DNA from: Raillietiella orientalis | Taxonomy: Eukaryota | DNA length: 64,000 nucleotides | NCBI GenBank assembly: GCA_036172245.1 | Contig: JAYWIR010000006.1 | Coordinates: 248,001-312,000, forward strand | Reading direction: 5' to 3' | Part shown: positions 26,901 to 40,574 of the stretch, piece after piece | How positions within the stretch are numbered: position 1 is the first letter of the stretch | Layout of the letters: every line of letters begins with the position of its first letter | The notes under the pieces: generated by a model | Told to the model about the DNA's origin: nothing | The model's database searches: none | The model's input: only the letters and a program-made list of their open reading frames with translations | Position numbers and translations under genes: made by a program

Positions 26901-27200
26901 TCAAAATACCGCTCGGAGGGGCCTCAGCTGTGAATCGCACACCGGGGAATCCACAGTTCCCGCGCCCTATGGCAAGGAGGCTCTGCGACGACGTATCGAG
27001 TCTCCAGCTCCAAGGACGCGGAGCCACCTCCTTCGTGCTTCTTCGCTTTCTCAGCGAGTACGCTCGGGTCTTCCTGAATCGCATGCTGTCCCTCTCCCTC
27101 CCTCAACGTCTCCATCCTTTCTTCCCATGCATATTCTGTGAAGTCACCTCTCGCAACCGTCTTTTTTCTTTCTTCCTTGGTGAAACCCTCCTCCATGCCT
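24000..27200 (-). mobile_element. Degenerate L1-like ORF2
   Basis: SWRLDT (APE SRLD-like), PGKGKKRNAEVWRVT (PK....NWRPI-like), GASGM, PAPEEGAVVLG (PKEEGGLG-like), KAYQEL. Confidence 0.55.
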
Positions 27201-27249
27201 CGCCTCAGCCTCCATAAATTTGGAATTTGTCCTCGCCAAGGACCGGAGT

Positions 27250-28071
27250 TGCGTACGTCACTGTTGCAGCAGTCTGATCTTGGGGCTGCTGCTGGACGCG
27301 AAAGTTTCCGCGTGCGTGGCTGGGGCTCATTTTGCTTTCCGGTCCGCGTGAGCTCGAAGGTTGGAAGAAAACTCCGCGGCGGAGAGAGAGGGATCAGGGG
27401 CGCACGGCCGGTGGACGACCTGGCATCACTGGTCGCGGGGAGGGAGGAAGTGTACCCCAACTGCAGCAAGTGCGGGGAACATGAATCCCTCCCCCACCTG
27501 CTGGTGGATTGCATTGCCCTCTGACCCCTCTGGGAACGCTTTGCCGCGATCCTAGGGAACCAACGGCAACAACTCCAGGGACGCCTTAAAACCCCTTCCT
27601 CGTTCGCGACGGTCTTCTGCCGGCAGCCACGTTGGCAGTCCTCTGCTGCCCACGCGGGATCGTCACTGCCTGGAGTGATGCAAAAGGAGGGCACAGCGAC
27701 AGGGTTGCCACATCGACTTTGCCGTCAGATTCATGAGGATGGCAACAAGATGGCTCCACCTGGACAGCTCCATACAGCAAAAGCTTGCCGGCATGCTACA
27801 GAGGATGCAGAGGACTGACTCCAGCATGAGGTGATCCCTCCCCTCCCTCCCCCTCTCTGTCTCAAAGTTTGCTTATTTAATTTCTTTTTATTTCTTTTTC
27901 TTTTTGTTTGCCCCTTCCCCTTTGCTGCCGTGACGGGCCTCACCGGTCTGCGAACCGATAACCAGGCAGACTCCCGGTAAAACGATTTTGATTGGATCAC
28001 TATTCCAACTACAATCTTCTGCAAATGTTAATTTTTATTAAAATAAACGTCCCGGCGTACCCGGGTGAGAA
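27250..28071 (+). mobile_element. LINE 3'-end family, copy A (CCHC finger plus structured 3' UTR)
   Basis: CSKCGEHESLPHLLVDC, T-rich UTR, stems at 27925-27969 and 27984-28016, AATAAA 28042-28047, terminal hairpin CCCGG-CGTAC-CCGGG 28051-28065. Confidence 0.8.
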
Positions 28072-31000
28072 TCCAGTTTTGTGCCACGGTTTAACAGCTC
28101 GAAGAAGACCCCGAGTGCCGACGCCGGGATGGACACGGGGAGCAGCAGCAGCAGATCGTCCGCGTACGCCGACACGACAGGTGCGCGTGAGCACCCGCGT
28201 GGGAGGCGAGCTAGAGTCTCCCTGTACGCCCTGGACACCAGCTCAAAGTGGGTGCTGAAGAGCAAGGGGCTCAGGTTGTCGTCCTGTTGTATCCCACGGC
28301 ACGCCAGCACACCGTGTGAGAAACCAGTGGACGAATCCGGAATTCTCCCTGTGCGTATCCTCCGCTTCCGGATAACTCCTCTTCACCCGCGGCTGCAAGT
28401 CGCAGCACAATTGCATCTGCGAGACGCTGGGAACCATCGTTGGGGGGATAGTCGGATGCTGACTCTTTGGAGTCGGAAGTCCGCACTCTTGTCCGCTGTT
28501 TCAAGAATCACAAACCGGGCTTTTTGGAGAACATCGATGGAGGAGTGGTGGAAGAAAACGGTGACGAGGGTTTGACATCCACTTTTGACTTGTGGATTCA
28601 TAGGTCCTAGTCAAACGTGTCGTGAGCTGCAGAAGAGAGGCCAGCTCGCAAACGAGCGAGGGGTCCAACATTGCCTTGGAGTCTGCACTTGGTAGTCCCT
28701 GTAGGCGTTCAGGAACTGGACTCCACCCCCTGGTACGTCCCAGCCCTGCAGTGAATCTCCAAGGGAGCAACGAGAGGTGGCGACTGCGTCTGCCTTAACG
28801 CTGGAATTGCGCGGCGTGAATGCCCGCGTCCAGGATCAGGCCGTTCGCGGATGAGCAGTGGAAGCGAATCCTCGAGGGAAACCACTCGCCGCACGGCCCC
28901 AGATTTCTCCATCATCCGGAGTAAGCTCCAACTCTCGGAGGCCATCAGCTTGTTGCAGTTTTCGGGGTGATCTCGCTGCGTCCTGAAGAGCAGGGGGAAG
29001 AGCCCTCCATTCTCATGGACGTTCGTGACGTGGAGTTCCCATCGCGGAGCGAGCGCGCCTCCGATCCCCTCTGGCCGCGCGCTTTCTTGCAACAGTCTGA
29101 CAGATCTTCCACAGCTGCTGTCTCCTTTCGAAGGCATCTTTCCCGGAGCGTGGGAGCCACTCGCTCGCGAAGCGCAGCACGTGAACTCTTCAGTGGAAAC
29201 CCGCGATGAGTTTGCCCGAAGCAGGGAATCGAAAAAAAATCTTTCCGTCGGCGCGAAGGATTCCCGCCGTGTCGCCATCAGCACGATCTTTTGATGAACT
29301 AGGGTTCGGTTTGTTCTCTCTCCTTCGCATGGTCCTCCTGGGAAACTGCGGACGATGCGCAGCAGAGGGAGATGACTCGGGACAGGCTGCTTTCCTCGAA
29401 GGGGGAACCGGCTGGAGGAGTCTCTGGCCGACAAAGCGCGAGTCGTCTTTTGTTCCGCTTCTCGGAACACTACAGGATGGCTCGTCAAGACAGAGACCGT
29501 TTCTTCCGTCCTGTCCCCCTTCAGCTCCACCCCCACTCAGAGACTCCAAAGACCCACCCGGCTGTTTACAGGTTTCACAGACTTTGCTCTCTCGCAGATT
29601 CTGCAGAGGGAAGTTCCTCTTGCTCCCTGCTCCAGCTCCCTTGAGTCGCTCGGAGGTAAGAATGATTTACCCTTGTTGCATCACGACCCTGAGATACAAG
29701 TTCATAAGGGCCGGTAGTTTCCCACTGTGACCTCCCACCTTTGAAGACTGGAACAAGACAGAGGCTCACCCGAAAAAAGGGATTTTACCTGATGGATCGG
29801 CAAGGAAACTATATTTAAAGAACAAAGTCCAGGTGCAAATAATCTTTTCAGGTTCTTTTTTGATCCTGGAGTTTTCAGAGGGAAGAATGAGATTTGTGCA
29901 CCCTGTACCTCCTCCGGAAAAATACCCATCCATGGCTGATGCACTTATCCTATACGACTCTTGCTGTGACGTCATCCAATAAGTGTCCAAAACACCTTTC
30001 GGAAGTTCCAAACCAACCAACAACTGGTTGGTGTCATCTGCTAGATACACCAACCAGGAATGAAAGATCTTTTTAGGATACCCGATGCACGGGCTTGATG
30101 GTCGAGAGTAGGTGCAACAGAGCACATAGCAGTCGTCTACCGACGTAGGTAACAGCATCTGAACGGTAAGAAGCCATGTGCCTCGACTCAGGTGACCAAT
30201 CAGTAGGCTGCAACATGAGCTTGATTACTGGGAGACTCGATCTTCGAGGATGCCTGTGACCCGTGGGAAGCCAGTCAAAATTAATGCCATCCCGAGCTTA
30301 TGGGACACCGTGCACGAATTCGCGTTACCCTCTGCGCATCCTGTGCTCTGCGCATTGTCTATGTACATTCGTTTTATCGTCTTGCCCGCTGTTTTTGCGA
30401 GCTCACAATCATCGGGATGAATCAGGTGATCTTGCATCACGGATTCCCTCTCTTCATCTTCCTCGTCAATGATGAGTGGCGATGACTGAGATATCAGCAT
30501 AGCATGAGTAGTCAGATCATCGATCACGACTTATGACGGTGTGGCTGTTTGCAGACGTCTACGAGATAAGTTTCTTCGTTGTTCTCGTGAGATGGAAACA
30601 AATATGGAGCACTTCTCTCGTCCGGAAAAGGGGACAGAACAGAATGGAAGGCGGCAGTGCACATCCGTGTGATGCGGTTCAGTCGTTCGGCCAAAGTCCA
30701 CATGTCCTCCACCTCCCGCGCAGATGCTTTCTGGAGACAGGAAAATTCTCAGATCTGGTCGCGAAGGAAGGAAATGGCAGATGGAAAAAGATGTTCCAAT
30801 TTACAAGAATAAAGTGCTGCCTTGTGAGGCCAGTGCACCGATGTGAAGGCTTCCGTTTTCATGGGGTGCTAACTGACTTCTCAGCGACTTGGTGGTCCCT
30901 TCGACTTCAGGGTCTCGACTGGTTTTTATCTTCCGGTTCAGAGAACGTGCTTCTGGATAGTTGAGAAAGATCTTGGTGCGTGAAACACCGGGCTACAAGA

Positions 31001-32450
31001 GCTGGTGAAAAGCGTTTCTTGCTTTCTTCTCTTGAAAATCACGTTTTTTTCGGACGTCAGTTATCGTAGCATCTTAAGCGTGGGTGCCCAACGACAGATT
31101 GAAGGCACGGACAATCACCCCAAACCGGTACGTGCAGACTGAAATGGAGAAGTCAGTAAACCCACAAGAGAGGAAGAGAGGTCTAAGAGCTGTTTCCGTG
31201 GGAATGACATTCGTAGGTGTTGCTCGAAAGAACTGGAATCGCAATCATTTGGTTGAAGAACACTCTGAGGCTCTCGAAACAGAAAGAAAAAAAATGCCGG
31301 TGCTTGCCTAAATCAAGAATTTTTGCGCAGAATAAGCCTGAGCATCCGCTAATCCTGAATGAACAGACTCTTTTTGGGTAATCACCTTCAAAAACATTCT
31401 TTACAAAAAATTTTTACTCTGGGAAGACAAGAAAACAAACACAAGAACTCAGCAACAGCGCAAACTTAGAAATTCCCTTACGTACTTTGTAGGTCATCCG
31501 CTCATCTATAAACATATCGTTGGCATCAGGAGAAAAACAAGCGATGCGGCTTACATCCAGCAATCCTGGTAAACTTTCTTCCACGCCTTTTCTCCAGCGG
31601 CACTACTTGGAACACGGGTGTGACTTTGGCCATTAGCTGATTCTGTGTGGTGTAGTCAGGTGTCCCCACTACCACTAGGCTACAAGCAGGCAGGAATGAG
31701 ACTGCCTTTTTGTCTTTGCACCTGACCGTAGCAAAAGCGCTTCTCTGTGTTTACCAGAGGAGAGAACTGGGAGCCAAAAAACGGCAGCGTAGAAACCGAA
31801 ATTTTCATGCAGGGGAAAAACACATCTGGTCCCGGAGGACGAAGCTCAATGACATTCGCGGTCTCTGGAGTAAACAAAGACGAGCCCAGTTGCGTGCCAA
31901 TCATCGGAAGCGTACGGCGTTCACTCAGCCGTACGAAATCTGCGTGCAACTGAGAGCGGGGCTGCCCCGGGAGCTGGAACCAGGAACTCGGATGATTCAT
32001 TGAAACACAGAGGAAATTCTGTCTCTGGAGAACACAGTGTCGGCGTCCAATTCTCGAGAGCCTTACGATGTTCGCTCCCCCAGGGGTGTAAAAGTCTTCT
32101 TATGCAAGCAGAAAGTTCTTTAGGCGAGACCAGCTCCTCTTTACATCTCCTCGAAGTAGCCCATATCCTTTCTTCCGTCTTTGAACCCAGGTTGTGGGAT
32201 GGAATCCTTCGCTTCTGGAAAAATGCAGCTCCAAGGCAACGCAGAATCTTCCTCAGCTTTCAGAGACTACACTTCTGATTTGTAGCATGCCGATCTCCCT
32301 CTGTTCCATTGATCGCAGTCCCAGAAGACATTCTCCGCTGTTCTCTTCTCCCCTCAGTGCGTTTCGAAATCAAAGCAGCAACGGTTGAGAGCCTTCAAGA
32401 AGCCCTCCTCTTTCTATTTCTTCTGAAAAAATGGTGGAAAAACCCTCTAA
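28072..32450 (-). mobile_element. 3'-truncated L1-like LINE: ORF1 (~31600-32400), decayed APE and linker, RT cut just after YADD
   Basis: RGIQQDDNLSPLLF...SAYADDLLLLL (YADD 28155-28166) then GTKLD; ORF1-like SWFQLPGQP...LPMIGTQLG. Confidence 0.75.
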
Positions 32451-32549
32451 GAGTTTATTCCGTGGTACCCACTGTGGATGCTTATAACAGCAAGAAGCAT
32501 CTGGACTCGGTTTAGGCTATTTTTTTTTGTTGTTCTGCATCATTTGGGG

Positions 32550-33000
32550 GCTCCAAACATACAGTGGAGTGAGAGGAACAGATGGCATGTGGTGCACTGT
32601 GAGTGCATCGCAAACCAAGGATTTGCGCCCCAAGGGCTCAGCTTAAACTGAAAGGACACTTCCTGTTGAAAGGCAGAGATTCTCTCCCAGGGCGGTCCAG
32701 GCTTCTCTTGTGAAAACAATGCTTAGCGTTTCAAGTGTAACAAGCAAGTAGATGGAGCTGCAGACAGAATACCCAAGGGATGCTCGATCAGATTAGTTCC
32801 AGTTTGCAGATACCAAGAAAGAGAGTCGCCAGAGCCATGCTTTCTCCTAGCGCTGAGACTTAGATTACGATAGATCAGGAGCAACGTCCTCACTTTCCAC
32901 TAAGGGAGCACAGCCAAGGTGTTCAAAAGAAAACGCTGCACAGGTAACCACAGCGTCGTCTGATGTGGAAGGTGACGTGGAACACCGAAACGACGAGCCT
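32550..33000 (+). mobile_element. Short L1 post-RT fragment
   Basis: LSQGG..RLLLVKTMLS (LS.GGR..LVKSVL-like) near 32680-32730. Confidence 0.4.
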
Positions 33001-33599
33001 TTTTGCCTCAGTGAGAAAAAAGTTGCGTTGTGGGGGAGCGGGTTACCCAGTTTTGTGGGTTGCGCTGTGGAGTCCCGATTGGCCCGCCGGACGGACGAAC
33101 AAATCTGCTGCCTTGTTCCCAGGCAGAAAGTCTCATGATCCTGTTTTGCTCTGCAGAATGAGGGACTGTAAGAGGAAGATTATTGGATGCACGTTTGGTT
33201 CATCACAAACGTTTCGACACTTTTCGGGAGGGAACTTGCAAGGGCTGCACACTCCGGAGAATCCAAGTCTGGCTTTCCACTTCGATGCTCTCCGTGATCA
33301 GTGAGCGTGACGGAAGGCTGCTCGAGACGCTCACGTTGCAGTCAGAGTGTGGGATGTGCGGGAGAGAGTGCAAACCCCTTCCGCGCAAGGGAGGCTCCGT
33401 CCCAGACCGAGAGCCATCTCGTGAGGACGCGAGTGTCTTCTCTTTTTCTTTGGACTTCCGGCCCGGGAAGGGGGAGGGGGCATTTCAAGGAATTTCTCGA
33501 TGCGCATGCTCGATGAAGAGCCGTCGAGAGAACTCTCTTTTCTTCTGCGCGGCTGCAGAGCTGCCTTCTTCTTGCAAACTCCTCGAGGAGATTGCGCCC

Positions 33600-36500
33600 C
33601 CTTCTTTGGCCTTCTCCAGAGGGAGCCTCCCTTCCAAAATAAGGCACAGGTACGTGCTATTCTAAAGCTGCGCTTTGAACTGAGTGCGTTTGTCAAACAT
33701 CTCCAGAAGGAGATTTCTCCCCGATTGCGATGCACTCACGAGCTGAGCGATGCCGTGATCGGGAAAGTTCCGCCTGGTGATTCCATTCGCAGACGGCCAA
33801 GCTGAACTTTTGGCTCACTGCTCAGAGGCATCCTGAGATGACACCCATAAGCTTGGACGAGCGAACGAGCGACTGGCCTGTAGGCAAATATGGACGCAAG
33901 AGATGGATTCCGAGTTTTCCCTGTCTGAAGTGGGGACGCCAGTCAGAGGATCGTGGAACGAGGATTTTCACACCCTGTGGTTCCCATACCTGAAAGCAGG
34001 AAACCCACTGCATGCCCTCTTGCCTCTGCCGATCAATATGGATGGAACGAAGGACCGTTAGAGGAAAGGGTGTCCTCGAAGAGTTAGTGGAAAATTTAGG
34101 ATGCAATTTAGAAGGTTTATGGAATTTCTGATGACAGCCGAACGAGAAGAGGGGCATCGCAAGAACGGAAGCATTTGTCCTCGACTTCCCCATGGAAGAA
34201 TTCTGACAGTTGGTTAAAAAGGAAATGATTTCCACGAGATCACACCTATGGGCAACATCAAAATGGGGAGAAGGGGGGAAGGAGAAAATCTGCTCTTCCA
34301 CTGATGGAATCTAGCTAAGATACACTCCATTACTTGTCCATGTTTTGGCTACCGTACAAAACCCAGTTTCGTGGCCTCTTTGAACGGAGTGGAACCTTCC
34401 AGACAAACTGGAGCCATCCCAGAAACGTGTACTTGAAAAGAACGCGCGCTCAAGACAGAATTCCCGCCCTCTGGAGCGCGAGTCTTCCCTATCTGCGCTT
34501 CGATGGGAGATGCGGAAGCGTGTCGTCTCCCCAGACGGGGTGTTCTTTCGCCTTAGTTGCATTCCGATTCCGAAGTGTGCTAAGCACTCTCTACAAATAA
34601 AAGCGATTCGGTATCAATTGTGCCACTTTTGTCTTTGCTCCCTGCAAGTTTTCCCTCCTTTGTTTTTCGAATTGCTGCCATTTCTCGATTGCCTTTTACT
34701 TGTGCTACATTCTCCAGCGTGGAGCATCACTGCTGTCTTCGGTGACCTATTACTGCACCGAAGAGGATTACAAGCGTCACAGAGCTGGCCTCTACTTTTC
34801 GTCCTTCGGTTGCTGTGAGCCAAAGTCCCTCGAAGTGTTGCGAAGACAGGACAGCAGTTGCGTCCTCATCGGCCAGGATCGATTACCTTTTCTAGGGGGC
34901 GCTTCTCTTCGCACTGTCGCCACGGCACTCTCGTTCGCCAAAAGCCTGCAGCCTGTCTCACGCTCAGCAGTACGCATCCTGGCTGTGCCGGAATGCAGAA
35001 TCCTTTTGCGAGGCAGGGAGATGGAATGGAGGTGGCGGCCGACTCAGCAGCTGCACCTACTCTCTCCCTTTCTGCTGACATAATCTCGTCACCTGACTTC
35101 AATTTCGGAACGGATGTCGATGAAGATAGGGGAAGAGACTAAACAGAAGCACAAACAGGAGTCATTTCAAAGCTTCCATGAGGCGGTCGGTCGCCTTCGG
35201 CCCAAATGGTACTTTCCAAACATTGTATTCCATGTAAAGAGCATGGCTTCCAGGTACACATGAATTGGCGAAAGGTGTTTCGTTCTCTCCTGGAAGCCTC
35301 GGGAAGGATTCTTTTTGTTGTTGTTCAGCTTCTTTCTCACGGCACAAGAACTTTTCAATTTTTTTTTTTTGTGTGTAGTTGTTTGTTTGTTTGTTTTTGT
35401 ATCTACGTAAATACTGGTAAAGATGATGGTGAAATCGTCGGAAGGTGATGGGCATGGCAACTCGACTGAGCATTTTACAGATTGGAAGCTGTTTGTTGTT
35501 GTTGTTGTAGGAGAGCAATGGATTTCCACTGTTTGGCCGATTCATAGCCCACTTAGACTCTACAATTCAGTAGGCTCCACAATGAGCTGCAGGCTGTGTG
35601 GGCAGCGTATCTTCTGCAGAGATGCATCACATGACTCTCTCTAAGCGTTTCGGAATCGCAAGTCCCGTGGAGTCCAAGATAAACTCGAACTCAGAGGACT
35701 GGAACTCAACCACTTTACCACCGTTCCTCGTCTGATTAGTGTGGGAGCCAAAAGGCGCACAAGGTGCAGCCTCTCCCGAGGGCAGGTTATTCCCTCACTC
35801 CCCTGTGGGAAACTCAGTCGAACAACAAAAAAAAGATGTCCTCCACTCCCCCCCACCTCACAAGACTTTCTCGTGCCCACCGGCGGGAAAAGCGAGTGGC
35901 CTTTTTTTTGTCCTCCCTTCCCGAACAGACCAGAGGCGAGCGTCGGGTCGCCTTCGCGAAAATGGGGTGTGATGTACTACGACCAAATCGAGAACCCACC
36001 TTCCTTCTTCGTGTGCTATGAACTCAGCCAGGGGCTAGCAGGGGGTCACAGAGAGCTCTGGATCTGGGCCACGAGCTTTCCGACTAGGGGGGGGGGGAGG
36101 GCGATCCATTTTAAGGAATTTCACGATGCGTCTTCTCAATGAAGGGCCTCCTCTTTTCTTTAGTGAGGCTTCAGAGCTGCCTTCGCCTTGCACCCCTCCC
36201 CCTTCTTTTCTCTGAAAGGACGTCCCCTTCCTCGTTCCTCTTTCAAAATGAGGCACTAGAACGTGCTTCTTTGAGCTGTGCTTTGAAGTGGGTGTGTCTG
36301 GCGGGTATCTCCAGAAAGAGATTCGGTTCTTCCTGAACGCGCTGCCTTCCTTGCCGATGGTCCTTCCCTCCCGATAGTCAGGGATGTTCTCTGGGACGTC
36401 TGAGATGTCAAGGTGAGCCTATTCTGCCTTCTGGATTCGGGTTCCCCACGCTCCCCAGAACTTCGGGATCTTCCATGACTGAACTTCCGTAGTGCTGCCT

Positions 36501-37500
36501 GGCTCATCCATATCGGAAAGGAGAGGACGACTCATCTCTTGAGGAATTTCCAACGAAACGGGAATTGACGTGGCCTTAGTTACCGTCAGGCTCTCGAAGG
36601 AGTGCTCTCGGCACGCCTCACTACATTCCTTCCCACGTTAGGAAGGATTCTTCCCTCTGAAGAAACCATGTCTTCGCTTCCGGGTTCCCTTTCGAGGCAA
36701 GAAGGGGCTGCTGCTGAACCGAAGCCTCGGCCTCGTGTTGGAAAGCTCGCTGGAGTGTTGAAACCGCGCGGCCACGCAGAAGGGAAGATCAAGAGGTCGC
36801 CAGTACTTTTTCCCAAAGCCAAAGAGTCGTTCCCAGGAAACGGGAGGCACCAGAAAACGGGACCTTAGCGGGGCATCGGGGAACTCCGAACTCAGAGAGA
36901 GTCCACGGTCCTCACGGGATGCCGCTCTCCTAAAAAGCACAGCGAACACATTTCGAAGCTAGAGTATCGGTCACCACGACGCCGGTCGGGCTTGCCGGGT
37001 ACATGCAGAAAAGGAACCCAAAAGCGAAGACAAGGTTTCTTCAGCATCCTTCCTGACGGAAGCTGCCACAGCACGGACGTTCTCTTGATGGATACATCTA
37101 GAGCGTCTCCTGACGATTTCTCGGAGTTAGTGTCTTTCGAGAGAAGAATTTCGCAATCCGGAAGGTCCTTGCAGATGCACGAAAAACACACAGTCCGGCA
37201 CCGGTCGCGCCGGCGAGCGGGGAAGAAGAAGCGGAAGCTCGAAGTGGCCGTTTGCCCTTCCGAGCTGCGGTCACCGACGGACTCGCGCGCGTCGAATCAG
37301 ACCCCGGTCCGAGGAGGAAAACCGAAGGAAGTTCCTGCCGAAAGAGCGGAACGCGGACGCCGAGACGAAACGAAAGCAGGTTGCAGAACCCCGGCACCAC
37401 CTCGGCACTCCGCACAATCGGATCGATGCCTTTAATCTTTAACCTCAGACCGTGAGCGGAATGAACAAAAGAGTGAAAGCTCCAAGCGAGAAAAAGATCA
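33600..37500 (-). mobile_element. Degenerate near-complete L1-like ORF2 (~3.9 kb)
   Basis: LAWSF (APE start-like), ERHPV (SDH.P-like), KARGPD at 36062-36079 (KAPGPD), SGNPLLSY, SDDFTIIF (~35420-35442), PKDEK and YLPTGQSLVR (zf-RVT-like), all in order. Confidence 0.7.
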
Positions 37501-37663
37501 CGACTCCCTTCGTCTTGGAGGGCTGCAACCGTGTTTCTCCGCATCGGAACCTCGCGGAAACGCCGCCGAAAAACTGCGTGCGCGGAGCGGGACCGATCAT
37601 TGGCGACTCCCTCTGGCTTCCTTCACGACACTGCCGCTGAATCAGAAACCGATGATCCAGGAG

Positions 37664-37675
37664 GTGTGTGTGTGT

Positions 37676-37724
<49 letters not shown>

Positions 37725-37739
37725 GATGGGGGGGGGGGG
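37664..37739. repeat. (GT)n microsatellite (one interruption) followed by a G12 run
   Basis: Read directly: GT repeat 37664-37721, G run 37728-37739. Confidence 0.97.
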
Positions 37740-38143
37740 CAGCCTGGAGGGCGGTGATGCGCTCTCGAGAAAGACATGGCGGGAAATCAAACTGGCAGGC
37801 CGTACTCTCCGCCGTATACATGCCGACTCCGGAAGGAGAGCTTCAGAATTCGAAAGTTTCCGGGATCCACGTAGGCTGCGTGGAACTCCAATTTGGCGGA
37901 GGAGACCTGTGTCAGCAGGAGAGTTGGTGCGTCCGTCCTCTGCAGCCTCCAATCCTGCTCTTTGAAGCAGAGTAGAGTGTCTGAGAATGCAGTTTCCATG
38001 TCTTCGCATCCGCAGACGCCTTGTGGATGCCAGCACCATCTGAAGGAGTGCGCGCGTGGAGGATCCTCTAGGGAGCGACAGGTGGCTGCGGCGGCGGGAA
38101 CACCAGCAAGGCCATCAGAAAGAGCGTAACGAACAAACCTGGT

Positions 38144-38434
38144 TTGATATCCGATTGCTCTGGGGCGTTTATTTATATAAAAATAAACATACAGTTCAGC
38201 GGCAGAACGCTTGGTCCTGCCAAGTTATAAATATACTAAAAAGAAGCTGCCGAGAACCGACACGCAGGTCGGTGACGTTCGCCTCAGCAGCAGAAGGGAA
38301 GGGGAAACAACGGAAAAGAAAAATGAAAAAAAAAAAAAAATATATATAAAAAAGGCAGGGTTCAGGAAGGGATCACCGGGTGATGGAGAGAGTCTTCTGC
38401 ATGCTATGCAGGATGCCGGCAAGTTCGGTCCAGT
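38144..38434 (-). mobile_element. LINE 3'-end family, copy B: 291-bp 5'-truncated insertion with 14-bp TSD
   Basis: CGAACAAACCTGGT at both 38130-38143 and 38435-38448; interior aligns to copies A and D (GAACTTGCCGGCATCCTG...CTGTATGTTTATT...AATAAAC). Confidence 0.88.
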
Positions 38435-40543
38435 CGAACAAACCTGGTAGACTGCACGGAAGCATCTGCGTTCGGCTCCCACTGTCAGCATTAGCTTGGT
38501 TAGAGGAACCTGCGTCTTCGTCGGAACGTCAGGTGCCACACGACTGCCCCCTCCTTCCCCTCCGGCTATTCGGGAATGTCTCTTCCGGAAACTATGGTTC
38601 CCCTCAGTTGGATACAAGGCACCAAGGGAACAAAGGAAAAATCTTCTTCGGTCGCTTTCCCCTCTGAACACTTCGCCAAAGATCCGTATGGTCCTGGGAT
38701 CCCAGGACGCAGCCACATGGTCAAAGCATGATGTCACGCGTTTGCCCTTCTCTCGGAAGGGCGCAGCACAGGGGAGGGCATTCAAGAAAAACCTCTGATG
38801 AGCTGGTCATTTTTCTCCGAAGGACGAAGCACAGAATCTCTTATGATTGGCGGTCTTGCCACTGGGTTTCTGAAGGGGCCGTGGAGTCGTGCAGATGACT
38901 TCTCGCTGCATTGGAAGCAGCTTAAAGAAAATTGCTTTAGGGGTGGGAATGCTTCGTTCCACCGAGCCTCAGGTCCGGACGCGAGCAAGAATTATCCTTC
39001 TGGACTAGCAAGATCCAACCTTAACCCTGAGGGGGGGGCTCTTCGAGACCTTCCGAGACCTTCGAAAACCTTTGTTTGGGGATCGGAGAGTCGGACACAC
39101 GTTCCTTCCATGCGCACTGTACTCTTGATCGAAATTTCGCTTCCGAGTGCCGCCCGCCTCGAAATGATAGGAGTGTAGAGGCCCTAGGCCATTTTTGCTG
39201 CCGTGAAAGATGATGCCGAGTAGAATGAAGATGAAAGATGGAAGAAACCACCTGAGCTCCAATGCGTTTCGCGCGAAGCCGAGCTATCGTCGGGCCGGTT
39301 TTTCGCTGCTGGCGCCGCATTTTCGGATTGCATGACTGGAAGGCATGCTGATCGCGCACGATGACGTCACGGTGCTCCCTGCCAGTTCACGGAGAGTGTG
39401 TTGTTTCGAACACTCCTGCGAACTCAGTGGAACCACCTAACCATGGGTCACCCATAAATAGGAACCTGATGCAAACGAATGATACATCCCTTCTTGATGT
39501 TTCACAGAGGATAACTAAAATGCTCACAAATGCATCCTTCGTTCGTAATTGACTCACGATGATTTAATGCGCAGTTTATAGAATGGTTCAGCAATTCAGT
39601 GATTCAGTGGACCGTCTATAGAGTACACTTCATACCTGAGGACACTACTGTTGGTGAGGGAGATGTGAAGAGGAAGGTAGAATCCCATCATGACAGCGCT
39701 GCTTCTGGAAAGCATTTATAAGCATCCAACAAAGAAGAGGGAAGAAAAAAGTTCTTTTTCTTCCTGATTGTCTTTCTGAGCTTATGTGCTAAAGAAGACT
39801 TGTGTCTTCCTGTTTACTCTCCGAGAAACTGCAACTAGAGTTTCTTCTGCTGTTGGTCAGCTGGAACAGCGTTTCCTCGTTTTCGTAGCTGCCAATTTGT
39901 GTGTTGCTGTGGGGATTATGAGTTGCAGTTTGTCTGTGGGAGTCCCTCGCCGAGACTGCAAGCACCTTGAGCTAAAGAAGGATGTGGATTCTCTTCTGCT
40001 TAATGGTAGGGGGTTCTAAGGAACTGCTCTCGAACTCTTCCGAGCAGCCAGTCTAATGAATGCTCCATGGTTTCCTATGACTTCCGCTTTCGAATTTTCT
40101 CTGAGGTTTCAAAATTGAAATAATTTCTCTGCCTGCCCAGAAACGCCATTAAAAAAAACGGAACTCCCAGAATTCGAGCGCAACCTCATCCATAATTATA
40201 ACGTACGCAGTTCCGCTGCGCGACCTGGAGGAGTTCGGTGGAACATGGAAAAGGTGGATGCACCGGCGTACCTCCGTACTCTGGGCACAAGCAGATGTCG
40301 ATGCGAAAAGGGTTCTCGTGGGCAAGACGAGAACCGTTAGAGCCGAGACCACTTCTCTTTAATCGTGGATCTCGCTTTGGGAAATCCGTGATTAAAAATG
40401 GACGCTAAAGGTCGTAAATGCTTTGCAAAATGTTTTCCTTCTTCACTTACATAGGTTGCTACAATTGCTGGATGTGGGCAGCAGCGGCAATTGGGCTTTG
40501 AAGTGGAGCGATTCAGCTTCAAAGCCCTCGGTCTTGAGAATGG

Positions 40544-40569
<26 letters not shown>
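40544..40569. repeat. A26 homopolymer
   Basis: Read directly. Confidence 0.95.

Positions 40570-40574
<5 letters not shown>

Noticed and set aside
24000..28071. Twin-priming 5' inversion linking the minus ORF2 to copy A
   Set aside because: The minus element appears to carry its own zinc-finger region down to ~24000, and I found no shared TSD.
38246..38291. Hammerhead ribozyme (CTGCTGA resembles CUGANGA)
   Set aside because: No GAAA or NUH core in the right topology, and the motif is not kept in copies A or D.
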